Source: a virus. From it: a stretch of DNA of 37,778 nt. The stretch spans positions 1-37,778 of IMG/VR virus record IMGVR_UViG_3300045988_060391; one strand, given 5' to 3'. The notes beneath the pieces are model-generated. The model did no database searches. It was not told the origin of the DNA and saw only the letters and a program-made list of their open reading frames with translations. Below are positions 17,517-22,455 of the stretch, in pieces (position 1 is the stretch's first letter; each line of letters opens with the position of its first letter). The position numbers and the translations under genes were made by a program.

Positions 17517-18458
17517 TCACTCCGAATACATGAGATAGATGCTCCCGTTCACGCCGATGTCGGCGGTCGGCTCAATCGGCCCGGTGTAGATGCGCCGCAC
17601 CTGATCGGCTACAAGCCCGAATTTGGTGTAGGGGATGTTGTCGGCGAGCTGACCCGCGCCGACCGTCTTGTCCGCGATCTTCTCCGCCGTAACGACCTTG
17701 CCGCCGAGATTCGCTGTGCCCACCGCACCCGCCGTGCTCGGTATCGCGCCGACCTGGTCTGCAGTGTAGTCGCCGGCCGTAGGCTCGACGGTCCCGCTGC
17801 GGCCGTTGAACGACATGACGCCGCCGCCGGCAGCGTTTGCGGCCTGTGCGGCCCAGTACTTCGCGTTGTTGTGGTACGTCTCGTCAGAGCTCGGCACCTC
17901 GACGCCGCCGCGCTTTCCGATCGCCCAGGCCTCGCTGGTCTGCGCGGTCTTGGTCACGGACGCTGCAGCGGTCTTGGCTTGCTGCGCGGCTGCGGTGGCC
18001 GTAGCGGTCGCAGCAGCTGCGGCCTGCTGCGCTATGCCGTTCACGTTTTCGACGGCGTTCGTGACGTCCTCGCGCAGCCCCGCGAGCTGGCCAAGGATCT
18101 GCTGGTACAGCGCCGGCGTAGGGTCGGGCACCTCAGTGACGGCACCGGCCACGATGCGGTAGCCCAGCAGCTCAGAGGTGCGCACCGTGCCGGTCTCGTT
18201 CACGCCGACGACGCCGAAGTACATGCGGCCCGCCCCGGCCGTAGCCTCCGGCGGGATCACGCACTTGTCGGAGCTGTCCAGGATGCTGTACGAGCACTCG
18301 CCGCGCTCGCGGAAAAAGACGCAGGTCTTGCCGAAGCCGTCCCACTGCTCGCAAAAGTCGAACTCTATAAAGTTTTCATTGACGCCGCCCGACGCGAGCA
18401 CCGGGCTGTCGGTTATAGCCAGCACCTGGTCGGTGCAGCTCACTTTGATCGTGCTCAT
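17517..18458 (-). CDS. Tail fiber / baseplate upper protein-like (BppU N-domain-like)
   Basis: 313 aa. The N-terminal domain resembles BppU_N, followed by an Ala/Gln-rich coil. Fiber motifs: NAKYWAAQA and SFNGRSGTV...GDYTADQVGA. Confidence 0.65.
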   Translation of the reverse strand: MSTIKVSCTDQVLAITDSPVLASGGVNENFIEFDFCEQWDGFGKTCVFFRERGECSYSILDSSDKCVIPPEATAGAGRMYFGVVGVNETGTVRTSELLGYRIVAGAVTEVPDPTPALYQQILGQLAGLREDVTNAVENVNGIAQQAAAAATATATAAAQQAKTAAASVTKTAQTSEAWAIGKRGGVEVPSSDETYHNNAKYWAAQAANAAGGGVMSFNGRSGTVEPTAGDYTADQVGAIPSTAGAVGTANLGGKVVTAEKIADKTVGAGQLADNIPYTKFGLVADQVRRIYTGPIEPTADIGVNGSIYLMYSE

Positions 18459-18574
18459 GTCCGTGTCCTCCTTGGTTTTTAGCTTAATAAGCGATTTTTG
18501 TTTATTGTAGGGACTTTTTGCTGCAAAACAGGCCTTCTGTGACCGTTATCTTCCATGTGTTAATTATTTTTTGA

Positions 18575-18633
18575 CCCGCCCCCTGCCATTTTCCACTGAA
18601 AAAGTTCACGGGGAAAAATTCACAGGGGGCGGG
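18575..18633. repeat. 11-bp GC-rich inverted repeat enclosing TTCAC direct repeats
   Basis: CCCGCCCCCTG (18575-18585) pairs with CAGGGGGCGGG (18623-18633). The loop holds TTCCAC, GTTCAC and ATTCAC about 13-14 nt apart. Confidence 0.6.
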
Positions 18634-18636
18634 GTG

Positions 18637-19083
18637 TTATCGTTCGATCGTTCGCAGGTCGATAACCCCGGGCTGCTCAGCCTTGCCGCTCTTGTTGTGC
18701 CGTCGGTTGTGACAGCTCACGCACACGGCCTCCAGGTTGTCCCAGTCGAGGCGCCGGTCCCATCCGGTGCTGGTCTGAATCGGATCCTTGTGATGAACCT
18801 CGACGGCCAGATGCTTGCAGCCTTCCAGCTGCGCCTCGCACTTGTACTCCTTCGCCTGCAGGTACGCGCGGCTCAGGGCCTTCCAGTCCTTGGACCGGTA
18901 GAAGGTCAGGTACTTGGGGTCGCGCTTCTTGTTGTATGTCTTGTTATATTTCTGCTGCTTGTAGGCACGCCGGCGCTCTATGGCCTCAGCCGCCTGGGCC
19001 TCAGCCTCTGGCCTGCATGCTGCACAGTAGGAGACGCCGACGGGCACCAGGCGCCCACAGCGTGGACATGGATGATAAACCAT
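18637..19083 (-). CDS. HNH endonuclease (terminase-associated type)
   Basis: 148 aa with N-terminal CxxC...CxxC and the motif VHHKDP...NLEAVCVSCHNRRH. RBS GGAGGG. Confidence 0.85.
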   Translation of the reverse strand: MVYHPCPRCGRLVPVGVSYCAACRPEAEAQAAEAIERRRAYKQQKYNKTYNKKRDPKYLTFYRSKDWKALSRAYLQAKEYKCEAQLEGCKHLAVEVHHKDPIQTSTGWDRRLDWDNLEAVCVSCHNRRHNKSGKAEQPGVIDLRTIER

Positions 19084-19102
19084 TCAATCCCTCCAGTGTG
19101 TT

Positions 19103-19117
19103 CCCGCCCGCCCACCC
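19103..19117 (-). other. Canonical G-quadruplex motif GGGTGGGCGGGCGGG on the late-sense strand
   Basis: The plus strand reads CCCGCCCGCCCACCC. That gives four G3 runs with 1-nt loops, about 10 nt upstream of the HNH Shine-Dalgarno. Confidence 0.6.
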
Positions 19118-19145
19118 GCCACGCCAGTGTCTCCTATGCCGGCGC

Positions 19146-19180
19146 ACAAAAAAGGACCGAGCTCTTCTGCCCAGTCCTTC
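19146..19180 (-). terminator. Intrinsic terminator-like hairpin upstream of the first late gene
   Basis: The minus strand reads AAGGACUGGGC-AGAAGA-GCUCGGUCCUU followed by UUUU, about 65 nt before the HNH start. Confidence 0.55.
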
Positions 19181-19307
19181 ATGCTATCAATATACCACCT
19201 TATTGTGTGCCATTCCATGCCATGATGCCGCTCGTGTAAAATACATAAAAAAATTTATATGTGGCACAGCTGTACCAGGTGGAACGCACTTTTCCCAATA
19301 CCCCTAA

Positions 19308-19351
19308 AATAGGCTGTACATATACTCCTATACTACTCTGTACAGCCTATT
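19308..19351. repeat. 13-bp perfect inverted repeat (AATAGGCTGTACA / TGTACAGCCTATT), 18-nt spacer
   Basis: Read directly, at the centre of the 470-bp ORF-free region. Confidence 0.8.
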
Positions 19352-19558
19352 CTGACACTTTCACAAAATCATCGTTCCCTTTGGTACAGTTGTCCGCCAT
19401 ACTATAAAAAATCTTTATTTATCAATGGTTTTCAGGTTTTTGTTAGGGGAACAAGACCGGCCAAAAGTGTACCCAGGTGGCCAAACTTTAGGACAGTAAA
19501 GCGCGCGTTTTTATAAACCGGGCGTACCCAAACCCCGCAGGAGGGAACCAAACAGGGC

Positions 19559-19594
19559 AAAAAAGGGAACAAGGCCGGACGGTCTCGTTCCCCT
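19559..19594 (-). terminator. Rho-independent terminator ending the 20.7-19.6 kb operon
   Basis: The minus strand reads GGGAACGAGACC-GUCC-GGCCUUGUUCCC followed by UUUUUU, 10 nt after the stop at 19604. Confidence 0.75.
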
Positions 19595-19603
19595 ATCATC
19601 CTT

Positions 19604-19891
19604 TCATTTCATTAGTTCGATGTGCCGGTATGCTGCGATCTCCTCTGGTGTGAAGCCCTTCTGCAGGTAGCGCCAAACGGTGTTCCTCGGCAGGCCCAGC
19701 ATGTGAGCCCACTCGGCGGCAGTCGCCTTCCTCCCAAACCCTTGGTACATTTTGAACCTGTTTCTCGGCCGGTCTTCCCCGCCGATTACTATGACATGCG
19801 CCGGCTGCATGAGCCTACTGAGCTGCTGCTCGTCGGAGCAGCTTAGGACGGCCCGGATCGCGTCGTTTTGCAACTTGTAGAAGTCTGTCAT
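19604..19891 (-). CDS. HTH DNA-binding protein (positional candidate late-gene regulator)
   Basis: 95 aa starting at the ATG at 19891 (RBS AAGGAG). HTH: TAAEWAHMLGLPRNTVWRYLQKG. It is the last gene before the late region. The ORF-track N-terminal extension is rejected. Confidence 0.6.
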   Translation of the reverse strand: MTDFYKLQNDAIRAVLSCSDEQQLSRLMQPAHVIVIGGEDRPRNRFKMYQGFGRKATAAEWAHMLGLPRNTVWRYLQKGFTPEEIAAYRHIELMK

Positions 19892-20004
19892 GCTTTCGCT
19901 CCTTCCAGGTACAGGATCTTGGCCACGAGGTCGAGCAGGTCCGCGGCGTTGCACTGCATAACCGCCTCCATTGCTCTCAGCTTGAAATAATCCACGGTTG
20001 TCAT
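19888..20004 (-). CDS. DLLDF-motif mini-protein, copy 1 (38 aa)
   Basis: MTTVDYFKLRAMEAVMQCNAADLLDLVAKILYLEGAKA. RBS AAAGGAGA. An ATGA overlap couples it to the HTH gene. Confidence 0.6.
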   Translation of the reverse strand: MTTVDYFKLRAMEAVMQCNAADLLDLVAKILYLEGAKA

Positions 20005-20019
20005 GTTGTTCTCCTTTCC

Positions 20020-20039
20020 GGCCGGTTTGACCGCCGGCC
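20020..20039 (-). other. Intercistronic hairpin element abutting an RBS (copy 1)
   Basis: GGCCGG-N8-CCGGCC directly 5' of the GGAAAGGA Shine-Dalgarno on the sense strand. It is homologous to 20283-20302. Confidence 0.55.
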
Positions 20040-20051
20040 CCGGTTTGTCTT

Positions 20052-20267
20052 TCATTTCTCATGATTGGCCTGCCAGCTGTTGATCGTGGCGACCTCGCCG
20101 TTTTCGGCCTTGTAATAAAGGAGGAGCCCGTCGTCGTCCAGCTCCGCGCCCCAGCCCTCGAAGCTGTACTCGACGCCCTCGACCTCGATCCGCTCTGGCC
20201 AGACGGCCCCGTAGAGCTTCCACGTTTTGATCGCGACGGGCTTGCCGGTGTTCTTGGTTCTCAGCAT
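20052..20267 (-). CDS. Hypothetical protein (71 aa)
   Basis: ORF with RBS GGAAAGGA. I recognise no motif. Confidence 0.6.
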   Translation of the reverse strand: MLRTKNTGKPVAIKTWKLYGAVWPERIEVEGVEYSFEGWGAELDDDGLLLYYKAENGEVATINSWQANHEK

Positions 20268-20282
20268 GATGTAGTCCTTTCC

Positions 20283-20302
20283 GGGCGGTTTAGCCGCCGC
20301 CC
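20283..20302 (-). other. Intercistronic hairpin element abutting an RBS (copy 2)
   Basis: GGGCGG-N8-CCGCCC. Relative to copy 1, the stem substitutions are compensatory. Confidence 0.55.
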
Positions 20303-20320
20303 TTCGGCGTGGTTGAATTG

Positions 20321-20530
20321 TCAGTCCACAACAAAGTAAGGAAGATTCTTGTACTGGCTAATGTCGGGGGCTTTTGTTGTAGGCCGGAAGGCGTTGCGCC
20401 CAGTCTGTTCCTTGACCTGCTCCTTGCAGATTCGACAAGCATCCTTGGCGTTGTCCGCGCTGACAAACATGTGTTCAAGGTATTCGTGGCTGTTCTTCTT
20501 GATCCAGTAAAACACCTGATAGTTTTTCAT
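20321..20530 (-). CDS. Hypothetical protein (69 aa)
   Basis: Start MKNYQVFYWIKK at 20530, preceded by AAAGGGA. The longer track ORF is rejected because its N-terminus is Pro/Arg-rich. Confidence 0.55.
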   Translation of the reverse strand: MKNYQVFYWIKKNSHEYLEHMFVSADNAKDACRICKEQVKEQTGRNAFRPTTKAPDISQYKNLPYFVVD

Positions 20531-20636
20531 TTCAATTCCCTTTCTGCCTGTCGGCCGTCCTTGACAGACCTGAAAAAATATGATATATAAACCCCCGAAG
20601 GGGGCTGCCTTTGGGCCCGGCAGCCGGGGCGCTGGT

Positions 20637-20711
20637 TTAGGTGTCCTCGCTGGCTTCGTCCACCGTGGCGTACTCGATGCCGTCAGCTTCGTAGCCGTAG
20701 TCGGTGTACAT
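20637..20711 (-). CDS. Possible 24-aa acidic leader peptide (MYTDYGYEADGIEYATVDEASEDT)
   Basis: Strong RBS AAAGGAGG 7 nt before the ATG. It is the first ORF after the divergent promoter and is followed by a CCCCC-UUCG-GGGGG hairpin plus a U-rich tract. Confidence 0.3.
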   Translation of the reverse strand: MYTDYGYEADGIEYATVDEASEDT

Positions 20712-20784
20712 TGTCCCGCCTCCTTTCTTTCCGCTCTCGGTGGGTTCAGCACCGGGGGCGGTTTCTTTCCTCTTGACAGTTGTT

Positions 20785-20813
20785 ATTATACTATATGTCC
20801 CCATATATTTCCA
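20785..20813 (-). promoter_or_regulatory. Promoter of the 20.7-19.6 kb operon (TGGAAA-N17-TATAAT)
   Basis: The -10 element is the complement of 20785-20790 and the -35 is the complement of 20808-20813. The spacer contains operator ATATGTCCCCATAT (20793-20806). Confidence 0.5.
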
Positions 20814-20825
20814 TTGACTTTACCA

Positions 20826-20849
20826 CCAAACATTCGAGGCAATGTTTGG
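20826..20849. promoter_or_regulatory. Perfect 9-bp palindrome CCAAACATT-N6-AATGTTTGG
   Basis: Read directly, at the centre of the divergent intergenic region. Confidence 0.7.
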
Positions 20850-20854
20850 TTAAT

Positions 20855-20876
20855 TTGTATATGTACCCATATACAA
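20855..20876. promoter_or_regulatory. Perfect 9-bp palindrome TTGTATATG-N4-CATATACAA (core ATATGTACCCATAT)
   Basis: The core repeats the 14-mer at 20793-20806 with one change. It overlaps the -35 region of the RHH promoter. Confidence 0.7.
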
Positions 20877-20882
20877 AAATCA

Positions 20883-20891
20883 TGCTATAAT
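20883..20891 (+). promoter_or_regulatory. Extended -10 promoter (TGcTATAAT) for the RHH gene
   Basis: TGCTATAAT at 20883-20891, about 55 nt upstream of the ATG at 20947. Confidence 0.55.
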
Positions 20892-20898
20892 GACCTTG

Positions 20899-20914
20899 GT
20901 TGCTAAAGAGCAAC
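20899..20914. promoter_or_regulatory. Operator-like GTTGCTAAAGAGCAAC (immunity-region motif, copy 5)
   Basis: It has the same GTTGC-N6-GCAAC architecture as the sites at 35059, 35514, 35587 and 35628. It lies just downstream of the RHH -10. Confidence 0.55.
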
Positions 20915-20946
20915 TCTACACACCAGCTGGCAGAAGGAGGACCGAA

Positions 20947-21132
20947 ATGGCAGAAAAATATACGGACGCCCAGAAGAGGGCCGCAAAAAAATACCTATCA
21001 AAAATGGACGAGTTGAAGATCCGAATGGCGCCGGGCACGAAGGACCGGTGGCGGGACGCTGCCGAGGCTCGCGGCCTGTCGCTGCAGCGGTTCATAATTG
21101 ACGCCGTAGAGGCCGCGATCAGACAGGAATAA
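20947..21132 (+). CDS. Ribbon-helix-helix (Arc/CopG-like) DNA-binding protein
   Basis: 61 aa. RBS GAAGGAGG. ELKIRMAPGTKDRWRDAAEARGLSLQRFIIDAVEAAI fits a beta-strand followed by two helices. Confidence 0.7.
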   Translation: MAEKYTDAQKRAAKKYLSKMDELKIRMAPGTKDRWRDAAEARGLSLQRFIIDAVEAAIRQE

Positions 21133-21134
21133 AT

Positions 21135-21169
21135 AAAGGACCGGAAGCACGCAGCCTCCGGTCCTTTTT
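21135..21169. terminator. Bidirectional terminator between the RHH and lipoprotein genes
   Basis: GGACCGGA-N11-TCCGGTCC, flanked by a T-run on the plus strand and a U-rich tract on the minus strand. Confidence 0.8.
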
Positions 21170-21633
21170 CACGCTATTGTGTTTTCGTCCGCTTCGGCCT
21201 CGGTGAACTCGTAGGAGATGATCCACGACCCCATCGTGCTGACAACGTCCTGGACGACGACGGTCAGCTCCTGCCCGACTTCGGCGTCGGGGTTGTGCGG
21301 TGAGCAGAAGTTGAGGTGCTGCCCGCCGACCAGATTGTAACCAAAAAACGAGTTTGGTATAAATTTGGTCACTACGAACCGGACGGTCTTTCCGGTCAGG
21401 TTCTCGCCGGCGTTGAGTGCCGCCTCGAACGCCTCCGCGTTTGCGTAGTCCAGATGCGGAAGCGGCTCCGGCGTCGGTTCTGGTGTAGCTGTTGGCGTGG
21501 GCTCTGGCGTCGGTTCCGGCGTAGCTGTTGGCGTGGGCTCTGGCGTTGGTGTAGGTTCCGCGCTGCTGGATCCGCATGCTGCGAGCATTGACAGCGCAAC
21601 GATCAGCGCGATGATGGAAAACGCTTTTTTCAT
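21169..21633 (-). CDS. Secreted lipoprotein with a Pro/Thr-rich linker (moron; candidate superinfection exclusion)
   Basis: Start MKKAFSIIALIVALSMLAAC at 21633, giving a signal peptide plus the lipobox LAAC. It is followed by (EPTPTATPEPTP) repeats and then a roughly 95-aa globular domain. Confidence 0.8.
   Translation of the reverse strand: MKKAFSIIALIVALSMLAACGSSSAEPTPTPEPTPTATPEPTPEPTPTATPEPTPEPLPHLDYANAEAFEAALNAGENLTGKTVRFVVTKFIPNSFFGYNLVGGQHLNFCSPHNPDAEVGQELTVVVQDVVSTMGSWIISYEFTEAEADENTIA
21464..21558 (-). repeat. 36-bp tandem repeat (2.6 copies) encoding the PT-rich linker
   Basis: Units at 21464-21499 and 21500-21535, plus a partial unit at 21536-21558, with two or three substitutions. 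Confidence 0.85.
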
Positions 21634-21673
21634 AATGTTCCCCTTTCTGCCCGGTGCTGCCGTGGCTGGCCCC

Positions 21674-21702
21674 ATTTTATTACGGCAATTTCTCACTGTC
21701 AA
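21674..21702 (-). promoter_or_regulatory. Sigma70-type promoter of the lipoprotein gene (TTGACA-N17-TAAAAT)
   Basis: The -35 is the complement of 21697-21702 and the -10 is the complement of 21674-21679. Confidence 0.6.
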
Positions 21703-21715
21703 CGGCCCGCGGCTC

Positions 21716-21745
21716 TTGACAAGGGCCGGAGGACGGGTTCATAAT
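21716..21745 (+). promoter_or_regulatory. Back-to-back promoter TTGACA-N18-CATAAT reading toward the XRE-TM gene
   Basis: The -35 is at 21716-21721 and the -10 at 21740-21745. Its transcript would be antisense to mini-protein copy 2. Confidence 0.4.
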
Positions 21746-21888
21746 GGTCTCGGTTGCTCGGTGGCCGGTCCTCTCCGGCGGCGCTGCTCCTCGGCCAGCA
21801 GTTTGATCACGAAGTCGAGGAGATCCGCGTCGTCGCATAGTTTGACGGCCGCCACAGCGTGCGCTCTTAAAAATGTAAGTTTGTCCAC
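21739..21888 (-). CDS. DLLDF-motif mini-protein, copy 2 (49 aa)
   Basis: GTG start at 21888, preceded by AAAAGGGGGA. Sequence: (V)DKLTFLRAHAVAAVKLCDDADLLDFVIKLLAEEQRRRRGPATEQPRPL. Confidence 0.55.
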   Translation of the reverse strand: MDKLTFLRAHAVAAVKLCDDADLLDFVIKLLAEEQRRRRGPATEQPRPL

Positions 21889-22003
21889 GTCGTTTCCCCC
21901 TTTTCTGAAATAACAATAGCAAGCACCTCCCCGCGCTGCAATGGCCAAACCCGGGCAGCGTGGTAAGAGCTTGACCATAAATGGAAAATAGGAAGGGAAA
22001 GGA

Positions 22004-22417
22004 ATGCTGCACGATCAATTAAAGGAGCTTAAAAACCGGAAGAACCTAACAGCACAGGAGATTGCCGACCGCTCCGGCGTCCCGCTCAGCACGGTGAACA
22101 AGATCCTCAGCGGCCAGACAGATAACCCGGCCTTCCGCGCCGTGTGCGACATGGTAAAGGCTATGGGCGGCTCCGTGGACGAGCTGGTCGGCATTTCGCG
22201 GCGCAGCGATCATCCGTCGGTTGACGACATGGCCGACGCCTGGGTCTCCGCGGTGCGTCCTATGCAGGACGCGATGGACGAGAAGGACAAGGAGATCCAA
22301 AACAAGGACAAGTGGATCAATCGTCTGTTCTGGACGTGCCTGGTCCTCTTTTCCGTTCTTGTATTTTTCCTCGCCTTCGATCTTTTCAGCCCGAACGTCG
22401 GGTGGATCCGAGACTAA
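22004..22417 (+). CDS. XRE-family HTH regulator with a C-terminal transmembrane anchor
   Basis: 137 aa. HTH: LTAQEIADRSGVPLSTVNKILSG. C-terminal TM: LFWTCLVLFSVLVFFLAFDLF. Confidence 0.8.
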   Translation: MLHDQLKELKNRKNLTAQEIADRSGVPLSTVNKILSGQTDNPAFRAVCDMVKAMGGSVDELVGISRRSDHPSVDDMADAWVSAVRPMQDAMDEKDKEIQNKDKWINRLFWTCLVLFSVLVFFLAFDLFSPNVGWIRD

Positions 22418-22450
22418 AAACGGCCCAGGGTATGACGCCCTGGGCCGTTT
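22418..22450. terminator. Bidirectional terminator (XRE-TM gene / end of the early operon)
   Basis: AAACGGCCCAGGG-N6-CCCTGGGCCGTTT, followed by TCTTTTTT on the plus strand and a T-run on the minus strand. Confidence 0.85.
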
Positions 22451-22455
22451 CTTTT

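Noticed and set aside
19084-19603. A tRNA or other structured RNA gene in the ORF-free region
   Set aside because: I could not fold a cloverleaf with acceptor, T and D arms from any segment. The repeats look like DNA-level protein-binding sites. This was not checked with tRNAscan or Infernal.
20947-21132. The RHH protein as the antitoxin of a toxin-antitoxin pair
   Set aside because: There is no co-directional partner ORF. The gene is monocistronic, sitting between its own promoter and a terminator and facing operator palindromes. It fits a transcriptional regulator better.
21464-21558. 36-bp tandem repeats as a CRISPR-like or noncoding array
   Set aside because: There are no spacers. The repeats are directly adjacent and in frame, and they encode the Pro/Thr-rich linker of the lipoprotein.
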